In this document: in pieces, positions 8,927-17,247 of the stretch
How positions within the stretch are numbered: position 1 is the stretch's first letter
Layout: the number at the start of each line of letters is the position of its first letter
DNA from: a virus
Lineage: Duplodnaviria > Caudoviricetes
Length of the DNA stretch: 34,908 nucleotides
IMG/VR virus record: IMGVR_UViG_3300042319_001168
Coordinates: 1-34,908 of that record
Direction: 5' to 3' (one strand)
Notes under the pieces: generated by a model
Told to the model about the DNA's origin: nothing
What the model saw: the letters and a program-made list of their open reading frames with translations, nothing else
The model's database searches: none
Program-made: the position numbers and the translations under genes

Positions 8927-9901
8927 ATGAAAGAAATAATACTATATAATTACCTCTATGACGCATCGGCTGCTAACTTTATAGCGCAGCTAGAGGCGTA
9001 TAAAGATGAAGATGTAGTTATACGTATGAATACAGGCGGTGGCAGTCCTGAAAGTACATTTGGTATGATTGCCAAACTTTCAGAACGTACCAAAGCAACT
9101 AAAATAAAGGTTGACGGTAAGGCACATAGTATGGGTGCATTTATGTTAGCTTATACCCAAGATAACGAAGCGTTAGATGTATCGGAAATATTAGTACATC
9201 GGGCTGCTTATCCATCATGGGTAGAAAAAGACCCTAACATAATGACTGCTGAAATGTGGGCATCATTAAACAGGGTTAACGGTAAATTACGTGAGGCGTT
9301 AGAAGCTAAGGTTAATACTACTTTGTTTCAATCTATTACAGGCAAATCAATGGATGATGTGTTTTCTACTGATACCCGAATAGATGTATTGCTTACAGCG
9401 AAACAAGCGAAAGAAATAGGGCTAATAAATAAGGTGGTAAACATTACACCTACAATGCAAGCGGAACTAAAAGGGCATTACGCAATGGCAGCACAATCGG
9501 GCTATGAAGTAATGCCGTTCGCAATACCTGAAATAAAAGAGGCTAATACAACAATAACAATAAAAAACAATAAAATGACAGTAACAGAATTAAAGGCACA
9601 GCACCCAGAATTGGTAAATGCTATTCTTGCCAGCGAGCGTGATAGAGTTAATTCATTTATGGTATTTGCGCACCTTGATTTGGAGGCTTGCAAAAAAGGT
9701 ATCACAGAAGGTAGCGCACTATCTGCTACACAAATGGCAGAATTTAGCCTAAAAGCAGCACAAGCACAGTTTATGCTTAATGCTGAAAATGGTAGCCCTG
9801 CAAGCGTAACACCTGCAAAGGTTGAAGCCCCAGCAACTACAGAGGCTAAGCAAGAAGAAGATTTTTGGAAAGAGGCAATCGAAAACGTAAACTTAAAATA
9901 A
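8927..9901 (+). CDS. ClpP-like prohead protease with C-terminal scaffold region
   Basis: 'IRMNTGGGS', 'DGKAHSMGA', 'LVHRA', 'LTAKQAKEIGLI'; C-terminal 'ELKAQHPEL...ERDRV'. Start at 8927 (MKEI) preferred over 8894. Confidence 0.88.
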   Translation: MKEIILYNYLYDASAANFIAQLEAYKDEDVVIRMNTGGGSPESTFGMIAKLSERTKATKIKVDGKAHSMGAFMLAYTQDNEALDVSEILVHRAAYPSWVEKDPNIMTAEMWASLNRVNGKLREALEAKVNTTLFQSITGKSMDDVFSTDTRIDVLLTAKQAKEIGLINKVVNITPTMQAELKGHYAMAAQSGYEVMPFAIPEIKEANTTITIKNNKMTVTELKAQHPELVNAILASERDRVNSFMVFAHLDLEACKKGITEGSALSATQMAEFSLKAAQAQFMLNAENGSPASVTPAKVEAPATTEAKQEEDFWKEAIENVNLK

Positions 9902-9910
9902 TTTAATATC

Positions 9911-10375
9911 ATGGCAAATCCGCAAATAGCAAATTTTGATACCTCGAAATTATTTCTAGGTCGCAATTATTACGATACCGCTACATTTACTAATGCAAGT
10001 GGTAGCGAAGTTACAATAGCCGCAGGTCGTTTGCTCGGTCGTGTTGGTTCTAGTAACCTTATAGCACTACAAGACAAAGACAATACAAACGGTTCACAAA
10101 TACCACTAGGTGTATCTGCTGATACTTTTGTAGTAGCTAACGGTGCAAGTGCAACTATTACCTATTGCATAGCTGGTAGAGTAGCAAGCGAGTTGTTAGG
10201 TTTTGCGTCAGGCGAAACACTTGCAACAGTTGTAAACTATATCGGTACAGATGGTTCTAGCCCAGCAGGCGTAGCTACAGTGCCAGCAGGTACAATTAAA
10301 GATGTAATGCAGCGTTCAGGGTTTCAGATAATTACTTCTACTGAATTAACAGCAATCGATAATCCACAATCTTAA
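9911..10375 (+). CDS. Head decoration protein (lambda gpD-like)
   Basis: 'AGRLLGR...NGSQIPLGV'; lies between protease and capsid genes. Confidence 0.75.
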   Translation: MANPQIANFDTSKLFLGRNYYDTATFTNASGSEVTIAAGRLLGRVGSSNLIALQDKDNTNGSQIPLGVSADTFVVANGASATITYCIAGRVASELLGFASGETLATVVNYIGTDGSSPAGVATVPAGTIKDVMQRSGFQIITSTELTAIDNPQS

Positions 10376-10399
10376 TTAACAAAGTAAATAACTTATAAA

Positions 10400-11452
10400 A
10401 TGGCAATACCCAGTTCATTAATACGGTCAACAATTACCACCAAGTTTTTAGCATTGTGGAAAGAGCGTCTACGCCCTACTACGTTCCTTGCTACATGGTT
10501 TCCCGACACTACCCCAACTGCTACACGTTACGTAAGTATCGAAGTACAGAGAGGTAAAGAAAAGATTGCAGTCGATGTACTTCGCAATGCAGAAGGCAAT
10601 CATAACAAGTTTGAAAAGTCTACGCAAAAAGACTTCGACCCTACTTACTTTGATGAAAACTTTACAGTTGATTCATTGCGTATGTATGACCGTCTAATTG
10701 GTAGCGGTTCAGTTGATGCAGGTGTAGTAACTGCTATCCTTAATGAGGGTACAGAGAAAATGCAAATGCTTGCTGATAAGATTGAGCGTAGATATGAGTT
10801 GCAAAGAGCGCAAGCCCTACAAACAGGTATCGTAACTGCTACATCTACCGAAAACATAGATTTTCAGCGTAAAGCATCTATGATACTTGCTTACAATTCA
10901 GCGCACAACTTCGCAGACAATACAGTAAGTATATCATCTTTCTTAGGCACATGGGGCAGCCTTATGCGTTCAGTTGGTAAGGTTGGTACAGGTACATTTG
11001 ATTTGTTGATGGGTTCATCTGCATATCAGGCAATGATAGCTAACACTAAGTTTCAAGCCGAAGCGGATATCCGTAGAATAGCACTTACAGACATTGTAAG
11101 CCCAGTTAAGAATACCGAAGGTGCTGATTACATGGGTATGTTTAGCGCAGGTACTTGCAACTATCGTATATGGGTTTATGACCAATATTATGAAGATGCA
11201 AGCGGCACACTACAGCCTTACATCGACCCAAAGAAAATAATCATACTGCCACCTAACCCAGCCTTTATGATGGCTTATGCAGGTGTACCACAGTTGATTG
11301 ATGAAGATAACCCAGTAGTGCGTACAGGTAAATTCATTTACTATAGCTACACAGACGAGCGCAGACGTTCAAGAGTGTACGGTGTACAGTCAGCAGGTTT
11401 GCCAATACTACTAGAAGTAGACAAACTGTTTACAGCTACAGTACTAGCATAA
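10400..11452 (+). CDS. Major capsid protein (lambda gpE family)
   Basis: 350 aa; 'IERRYELQRAQALQTG', 'IWVYDQYY', 'VQSAGLP'. Confidence 0.9.
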   Translation: MAIPSSLIRSTITTKFLALWKERLRPTTFLATWFPDTTPTATRYVSIEVQRGKEKIAVDVLRNAEGNHNKFEKSTQKDFDPTYFDENFTVDSLRMYDRLIGSGSVDAGVVTAILNEGTEKMQMLADKIERRYELQRAQALQTGIVTATSTENIDFQRKASMILAYNSAHNFADNTVSISSFLGTWGSLMRSVGKVGTGTFDLLMGSSAYQAMIANTKFQAEADIRRIALTDIVSPVKNTEGADYMGMFSAGTCNYRIWVYDQYYEDASGTLQPYIDPKKIIILPPNPAFMMAYAGVPQLIDEDNPVVRTGKFIYYSYTDERRRSRVYGVQSAGLPILLEVDKLFTATVLA

Positions 11453-11474
11453 GATAAATAAATACCTTAACTTT

Positions 11475-11510
11475 AATAGCCATGCCGTTAACAAATGGCA
11501 TGGCTATTTT
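11475..11510 (+). terminator. Intrinsic terminator after the capsid gene
   Basis: AATAGCCATGCCGTT / AATGGCATGGCTATT stem, short T run. Confidence 0.75.
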
Positions 11511-11523
11511 AAATTAACAAAAC

Positions 11524-11721
11524 ATGCAAAAACAATACAAGGTTATACCAATCGCAATAACAGGTAGTGGAAATAAAATACATTATGCAGGCGATGTAGT
11601 TACTCAAGATATGTTAGCTACCGATGCTGCTATATTGGTTAAAGGTGGGTATCTTTGCGAATTAGCCCCTGAAATAGTAGAACCAATAAAAGATACCAAA
11701 CAGAAAAAACAAAGCAAATGA
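11524..11721 (+). CDS. Small head-associated protein (gpFI-like position)
   Basis: 'HYAGDVV...LVKGGYL' plus basic tail; follows capsid gene. Confidence 0.55.
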   Translation: MQKQYKVIPIAITGSGNKIHYAGDVVTQDMLATDAAILVKGGYLCELAPEIVEPIKDTKQKKQSK

Positions 11722-12086
11722 GCCTACTAGAATTGGCAAGGCGTGATATTGCAAACATTAGCAGTAACGCTAGTGGGTTCGGGGTATCTATGTCTTTCAT
11801 TTCACCTGCCAGCCCACCCGAAACATGCACCGTTAACGGTTTGTTTTCTAGGCATCACATTGATGTAAATCGGCAAGGGGTAGCGTTCAATAATAGAATG
11901 GCACACGTATCAGTATCGGAAGATGTATTTGATGAAGCTAACTATACTATACGCAATGCAAACGGTGAGGTAGATTTTAAAGGGCATAAGGTTACGGTTG
12001 AGGCGGTGCAGTATGTTGTTAATCAGTGGTTTCCATCTGATACAGGTAGATTAATTACGTTAATATTGGGCAAGTATGGCACTTAA
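11718..12086 (+). CDS. Head-tail joining protein (gpFII-like)
   Basis: Beta-rich 122 aa; synteny. Confidence 0.55.
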   Translation: MSLLELARRDIANISSNASGFGVSMSFISPASPPETCTVNGLFSRHHIDVNRQGVAFNNRMAHVSVSEDVFDEANYTIRNANGEVDFKGHKVTVEAVQYVVNQWFPSDTGRLITLILGKYGT

Positions 12087-12732
12087 TGGAGTAATAGCAC
12101 CGCAGAAATATGAACTAATACGTGACCGTATCGGGGCTATACTATTTGCCGAATTTGCTAATCAATTTACACTTTCAGGCGGCACAACTCCCAACCCTGC
12201 ATTTTATTGCGAGCGTATCATACAGTTTGACCATACCGAAGCACCAGCAGTAAATGTAACGCTACAACGTGCCGATTATGATAATCGTGATAGGCATCAA
12301 GTTAACGGCATATACTTGTTTACTATTGATGTTTATACGGCAGCACACGCCACTAATAACGTAAGGGGTGATTATCGTGGGGCGGTAGAAATGCACCGTA
12401 TATTAGGTATGATAAGGGCTATATTTGAAAGCCCTGAATATAAAGAACTATTGTATGGTTTTGGTGTGCTTTGTAGCACAAAAATTAAGTCAATATCTAT
12501 ACCCGAAGCACCCAACAATAATGAAAGTGTATTTGAGGCTACAGGGCGAATAGAGTATGAGGTAACAGTACCCGAAACGGTTGAATTACAAGAGGGTGTA
12601 CCACTTGAATTAGCTACTACAGTGGTTAAACTTTACAATACTGATAAGGGCTATTTATGGGGTGCAGAAAGCGCACCACCACCAAACCTATTTATAGATG
12701 AAATTGCAATTAATTACTTCATAGCAGAATAG
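12076..12732 (+). CDS. Tail terminator-like protein with C-terminal extension
   Basis: 'IRDRIGAIL', 'PAVNV', 'FTIDVY'; position after head closure gene. Confidence 0.55.
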   Translation: MALNGVIAPQKYELIRDRIGAILFAEFANQFTLSGGTTPNPAFYCERIIQFDHTEAPAVNVTLQRADYDNRDRHQVNGIYLFTIDVYTAAHATNNVRGDYRGAVEMHRILGMIRAIFESPEYKELLYGFGVLCSTKIKSISIPEAPNNNESVFEATGRIEYEVTVPETVELQEGVPLELATTVVKLYNTDKGYLWGAESAPPPNLFIDEIAINYFIAE

Positions 12733-12738
12733 AACGAT

Positions 12739-13083
12739 ATGCCAAATATTAAATTTTCAGAATTAAATACAGCTCCCGAATTTTCGGAGTTAGATTATAT
12801 TGTTGGTATTCGATACAATGAAGAAACGGAACTATACGAAAACTATATCTATGAGGCGGCAGATGTAAAGGAATACGTAAAGGCACAGCTAAGGAAAATA
12901 ATTACAGTTAGCGAAGATGGCAATTCAGTTACAAATGTAGCATTTGAGGGTAACAATGTACAGGCACTATTAACAGACAATCAAGTTTATATAAGAGATG
13001 TAGACTTTACGCAAGACGGAGATACAATTACAGGTATAATTATTTCATTTTACACATCACAAAAAATATTAGTATTGTTATGA
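12739..13083 (+). CDS. Acidic structural/fibre-adaptor-like protein
   Basis: N-terminal 'IKFSEL' resembles phage fibre starts; beta-rich C-terminus. Confidence 0.4.
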   Translation: MPNIKFSELNTAPEFSELDYIVGIRYNEETELYENYIYEAADVKEYVKAQLRKIITVSEDGNSVTNVAFEGNNVQALLTDNQVYIRDVDFTQDGDTITGIIISFYTSQKILVLL

Positions 13084-15062
13084 GGATTATTATAGTAGCA
13101 TTATTGCTAGTTTTATCGGTAGGTGCTAATGCACAGAGAATAGTGCCAATAGGTAACGGCAGAACAACAGATACAGGATTGATAGTTGGTAGTTTAAAGG
13201 TGGATAGTGTGCTAGTATTCCCAGCATACAGAACTACTAATACTAACATGGTGCTAGGGTTTGATTCAAGAGGTAAGGCGGTATTAAGGATAAACAATGA
13301 TAGCCTTATTTGGGCTACTAATGCTTATGTAGATAGTGGATTGGCAAGCATATCAGCAGGGGCGGTAGATACCAATAACTACATATCATCTATTACCCGA
13401 TTGAACAGGGAAATTGACAGCGTTAGTAACATCATTGACAGCAACAATACTATTATATACGGGAACATAGCCACATTGCAAAGTGATATAGTTACAATTG
13501 ATAGTGCCGTTGGTGTTGCGTTTGGGGCTATATCCACCCTTTATGACACTAAAGCGGATAAGGATACATTAACCAATTTCCTTTTAAAATCCGATACCGC
13601 AACATTATCAAATCGGATAAATTTAAAGCAAAACTATTCAGATACTACAACATGGGATGCAACAAGATATTGGGTATCTACTCAAATACCGTCATTGGCG
13701 GGGTATGTACCATATACAGGGGCTACTACTGACGTAGACTTAGGTACACATGCCATATCGGCACGTACGGGCGTAATTAACAAGCCGTCAGGTAGTGGCA
13801 CTGCATTATCAGTAACTAAGGGCGGTAGCGGTGAGGCTTTGACTGTTACAAAAAGTAGCGGTAGCGGTAATGCTATGAGTGTTACAGGTGGCGTTACGCA
13901 ACTATCAGAACTACACACCACTACAGCAATAGCAGACGCATACATAGCAAGTGCTGCAACGTGGAATGCTAAGGGTACGGTAAGTAGTATTCAGCTAGTA
14001 GGCGGCACTAATGTAACAATTACGCCTACAACAGCAATTACAACAAGTGGCACATATACTATCAGTGCTACAGGCGGCAGTAGTACCCTAGTTAAAGCCA
14101 ATGAGTTTAACATGCTTTATAAAGCGAATGGCGATACTACTATTCGTGGGACAACTAAGGTACGGATAGATACAACAGATATGCGGTTGGAATTTGCATG
14201 GGACACAACAACATCTGCCGTTGTAAATGATTATCATGGCGGTGTAAAGATGTGGGGCAGTAACAGAATGGGTATGGGTGCAATTAGGATAAATGATACT
14301 GTAAGCATACCAGCGGCTTTGCAACGTGCTATAAATACACAGATTACAAGTACTATGTTGCCAACAGTGACAGGAAACATAGCATATACTAACAACTATG
14401 TCTATGGCGGTATGGTGCAAACGGCAGGTACATTAGGTTATATACCGGCTGCATGGAATAGTACTATACAGCACCTTAACTACAATAAAACAACATTTAC
14501 AACCGCATCGGGGGCTAATTCAAGTTCGTTAATTAGAATTGGTAGCATAGCACTATCGGCAGGTATAATTTGTGGTAACACTAAGTTTAGTGGTGGTGGT
14601 GGTAGGGGTACATTTACATTTTCGTTCCCTACCTATCTAAGCACACAAAGGATAATGATAGGATATTCAGAGGCGGTAGCAGCATTAAGCGGTGACCCAT
14701 CTACATTCCTTACAGCACCTACGCCATATTCATCATTAATGGTTATAAAAGATGCCGCAGACACAACACTACAATTTGCACACTATAGCGGAACTGGCGT
14801 AGTTACAAAGGTTAATACAGGCATCAAACCTAATAACGAAGATGTATACAGGCTTACGGTTTATATAGCCCCTAATAGCACCTATTACATGCAGTTAGAA
14901 GTTATAAGTAAAACAGCAGCAATAAGGGTAGTAACATTAAATCCTACTACTAACGTACCACCAGTAGGTGACAGATTAGTGCAACAACAAGCGGTAAATA
15001 ATGGTACCGTAGGTGGCGTTGTTGTTTATGGATTAATTCAGCATTTGGAAGAAATATACTAG
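13080..15062 (+). CDS. Fibre-like S/T/G-rich protein with N-terminal Sec signal peptide and many D-S/T sequons
   Basis: MRIIIVALLLVLSVGANA|Q; heptad-like region; fibre-type segments 'YVPYTGATTDVDLG' and 'AATWNAK'; beta-rich C-terminal domain. Confidence 0.65.
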   Translation: MRIIIVALLLVLSVGANAQRIVPIGNGRTTDTGLIVGSLKVDSVLVFPAYRTTNTNMVLGFDSRGKAVLRINNDSLIWATNAYVDSGLASISAGAVDTNNYISSITRLNREIDSVSNIIDSNNTIIYGNIATLQSDIVTIDSAVGVAFGAISTLYDTKADKDTLTNFLLKSDTATLSNRINLKQNYSDTTTWDATRYWVSTQIPSLAGYVPYTGATTDVDLGTHAISARTGVINKPSGSGTALSVTKGGSGEALTVTKSSGSGNAMSVTGGVTQLSELHTTTAIADAYIASAATWNAKGTVSSIQLVGGTNVTITPTTAITTSGTYTISATGGSSTLVKANEFNMLYKANGDTTIRGTTKVRIDTTDMRLEFAWDTTTSAVVNDYHGGVKMWGSNRMGMGAIRINDTVSIPAALQRAINTQITSTMLPTVTGNIAYTNNYVYGGMVQTAGTLGYIPAAWNSTIQHLNYNKTTFTTASGANSSSLIRIGSIALSAGIICGNTKFSGGGGRGTFTFSFPTYLSTQRIMIGYSEAVAALSGDPSTFLTAPTPYSSLMVIKDAADTTLQFAHYSGTGVVTKVNTGIKPNNEDVYRLTVYIAPNSTYYMQLEVISKTAAIRVVTLNPTTNVPPVGDRLVQQQAVNNGTVGGVVVYGLIQHLEEIY

Positions 15063-15065
15063 ACT

Positions 15066-15299
15066 ATGATACAGATACAGCCAAGAGAATATACCACAGG
15101 GACTGCAACACTATTGCACGTAACAGCCACTATTGCAGATGGTAGCGGTGCTATATGGTACAAGTTATTAGACGCTAACCATAAAATAGTGACTGAGGGT
15201 AATTTACCAGTAGATAGTGAGTTCGCACTTGCTTACAATGGTAGCGAAATAATGGCAGGTAATTACATAGCTAATTATTTGGGGGTTGTGATTTTATAA
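15066..15299 (+). CDS. Hypothetical protein (possible fibre partner or chaperone)
   Basis: 77 aa, 3 nt after the fibre-like gene. Confidence 0.5.
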   Translation: MIQIQPREYTTGTATLLHVTATIADGSGAIWYKLLDANHKIVTEGNLPVDSEFALAYNGSEIMAGNYIANYLGVVIL

Positions 15300-15308
15300 C
15301 TATATTTG
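15278..15308 (+). promoter_or_regulatory. Promoter for holin-like genes
   Basis: TTTG-N19-TATATTTG. Confidence 0.65.
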
Positions 15309-15330
15309 TCAAAACTAATTTAAGTAGCAA

Positions 15331-15579
15331 ATGTCACCCAAAGAAGAAACGGTTTTAACCAAGAAAATAACAGGCATTACATGGGGTGTAATTATTACCA
15401 TTACCACTATTACAGGCGGTGTGTTAACAATGGGAGTTAAAGGTTATACCAACATACTTTATGCTATTGAGCGCAATAACAGCGATTATAGACAAGTACA
15501 GGAGCAGATTAAGTACATGGGCAATGATGTGAATAGGCACGAACAACAGATACAATACTTAATGACCACTAAAAAATAA
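15331..15579 (+). CDS. Membrane protein, one TM plus coiled coil (holin/antiholin-like)
   Basis: Hydrophobic segment 'ITWGVIITITTITGGVLTMGV' then heptads; lysis context. Confidence 0.55.
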   Translation: MSPKEETVLTKKITGITWGVIITITTITGGVLTMGVKGYTNILYAIERNNSDYRQVQEQIKYMGNDVNRHEQQIQYLMTTKK

Positions 15580-15582
15580 ACA

Positions 15583-15828
15583 ATGAACAACAAAATACTT
15601 AAATTTGGTGTGCAAGGGTTTGAGGGTACTACACCACCTACCCTTAAAGTTATATACCGTTTCTTTATGGCTGCATTGGCTATATGGCAGCTAATAAATA
15701 TCACGTTTCCCGAAATTAACGATGTAGTTGCAAGCTATGTAAGTCGGGTTTTGGATATAGGTGTTCCTATCCTATACGCTGTAAGTAATGCGTTTGGGTA
15801 TGTAAATGATGATACTAAGAGTGAGTAA
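15583..15828 (+). CDS. Putative holin (two TM)
   Basis: Two hydrophobic helices, charged C-terminus. Confidence 0.6.
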   Translation: MNNKILKFGVQGFEGTTPPTLKVIYRFFMAALAIWQLINITFPEINDVVASYVSRVLDIGVPILYAVSNAFGYVNDDTKSE

Positions 15829-15847
15829 AGATGTGTGTTTAGTGTGT

Positions 15848-15884
15848 AGCCCTCAACTGTGTGTGTTTCGGTTGGGGGCTTTTT
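15848..15884 (+). terminator. Intrinsic terminator with GU-repeat loop
   Basis: AGCCCTCAAC / GTTGGGGGCT plus TTTT. Confidence 0.7.
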
Positions 15885-15907
15885 AAAATGTTTTAGGGTT
15901 AAAAATG

Positions 15908-15937
15908 GGGCTGCATTATTCTTAGTGCGGCTTTTTT
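15908..15937 (+). terminator. Second intrinsic terminator
   Basis: GGCTGCATTA / TAGTGCGGCT plus T run. Confidence 0.65.
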
Positions 15938-15952
15938 GTTTATATTTGCGTC

Positions 15953-16546
15953 ATGACATTCACATCAAATAATCACCCCAACGATAAGTTTTTTGCAGCA
16001 CTGTTATTAGGCTGCATACTTTGCATAGCTGCATTTTTTATATTGCTATCTAGTAGCTGCAAAAGTGCCGAAAAGAAACAAGCCAAGTTATACGGCAAGT
16101 TCGACAAACTGAAACGCAAAGCAGATGCAGACAGTGTGCTAAAGGTTGTGCCGAGCAAATGGAGTTTGGCTAATTTCCCAGTGAAATTAAGCGGAACTAA
16201 AACCGTTTATTTGCCGAGTAAGAAAGTAGTAACGCATGATACCATTACTAAAACCAACACGATAAATGATACTACATACATCACTAAGTATGTAACCAAG
16301 TACAGTCATTCAGTTGACACACTACGCACAACCGACACAATACTAGATAATAGACCATTGACGCAATTACAGACCGATTACAGGGCGTTAGATGCCAAGT
16401 TGATACAAAGTACTACTAGGGAACTATTAGCCACAGAAACGAAAAATAAACAGCGTAGTAAGTTATTGTGGTCAATCGGATTGAACATACTACTAATACT
16501 GCTTATAATTGCACACTTTTTGCGTAGATTTGGAATATTGAATTAG
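15953..16546 (+). CDS. Putative unimolecular spanin (lipoprotein with C-terminal TM)
   Basis: Hydrophobic signal ending 'LLSSS|CKS'; C-terminal TM 'LLWSIGLNILLILLIIAHFL'; between holin and endolysin; TATATTTG 4 nt before the ATG. Confidence 0.7.
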   Translation: MTFTSNNHPNDKFFAALLLGCILCIAAFFILLSSSCKSAEKKQAKLYGKFDKLKRKADADSVLKVVPSKWSLANFPVKLSGTKTVYLPSKKVVTHDTITKTNTINDTTYITKYVTKYSHSVDTLRTTDTILDNRPLTQLQTDYRALDAKLIQSTTRELLATETKNKQRSKLLWSIGLNILLILLIIAHFLRRFGILN

Positions 16547-16609
16547 TCAAGTCGTTTCAATGGTAAGACGGCACATTTGCTGATACGGGTTCGAGTCCTG
16601 TCTTGACTA
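16545..16609 (+). ncRNA. tRNA-like RNA (or pseudo-tRNA) lacking a canonical anticodon arm
   Basis: Acceptor AGTCAAG/CTTGACT; D arm GTTT-CAATGGTA-AGAC; T arm ACGGG-TTCGAGT-CCTGT; anticodon arm only GCA-CATT-TGC. Confidence 0.75.
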
Positions 16610-16635
16610 CGGTTTTTTTCATACGATTTAATTTT

Positions 16636-16665
16636 CCCTGACTATTTCTATGGTTGGGGTTTTTT
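16636..16665 (+). terminator. Probable terminator after the tRNA-like element
   Basis: CCCTGACTA / TGGTTGGGG (G-U rich) plus T6. Confidence 0.5.
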
Positions 16666-16743
16666 ATTGCTACCTTTACCACCAATAAGTGTAAGCATAT
16701 AATTTGACATTGCAATTATTTAGTAATAATATACCTTTACAAC

Positions 16744-17187
16744 ATGAAAGACCCATTAAGCATACAGCGAATAGCAACTACACACCCATTAGTACGTGAT
16801 ACCTTTACACGCTTCATAGATGCCGCAGAAAGCGAGTTAAATATAACGCTAAGGGTAACACATGCACTCCGTACAATAGCCGAGCAAAACGCACTATATG
16901 CGCAAGGGAGAACAACAGCAGGTAAGATAGTTACTAATGCTAAAGGGGGGCAATCGTTTCATAATCTAGGACTTGCCATTGATGTAGTGGAGTTAGTAGG
17001 TAAAACTGTAAATTGGAACTTTGATTACAGCAAATTAAAGCCTATAGCGGATAGGTTCGGCATAGAGTGGGGCGGTACATGGAAATTTGTTGATAAGCCA
17101 CATTTTCAGATAACATTTGGTTATACTAAAGCTACACAATTAGCAGTGTTACCAAAAGATAGTAAAGGATACCCAATAATAAAATAA
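16744..17187 (+). CDS. Endolysin, M15 L-Ala-D-Glu peptidase family
   Basis: 'RTIAEQNALYAQGRT', 'SFHNLGLAID', 'WGGTW..VDKPHFQ'. Confidence 0.92.
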   Translation: MKDPLSIQRIATTHPLVRDTFTRFIDAAESELNITLRVTHALRTIAEQNALYAQGRTTAGKIVTNAKGGQSFHNLGLAIDVVELVGKTVNWNFDYSKLKPIADRFGIEWGGTWKFVDKPHFQITFGYTKATQLAVLPKDSKGYPIIK

Positions 17188-17247
17188 TAATTTCAACCTA
17201 CTTAAATTTGTGTATTTTTGCCGACATTATTCACATAATCACGTATA

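Noticed and set aside
13770-13900. Diversity-generating retroelement or tandem DNA repeat in the fibre-like gene
   Set aside because: The three 'GSG.A..VT' units are degenerate protein-level repeats; no reverse transcriptase or template/variable repeat pair seen.
266-14420. Many minus-strand ORFs within structural genes (e.g. 9502-9966, 6177-6524, 14088-14420)
   Set aside because: They are antisense shadows of well-supported + strand genes and have no motifs; only 8676-8849 has its own promoter and plausible fold.
16545-16609. Functional tRNA or attP/att site
   Set aside because: No 7-nt anticodon loop, no duplicated tRNA end and no integrase in the window.
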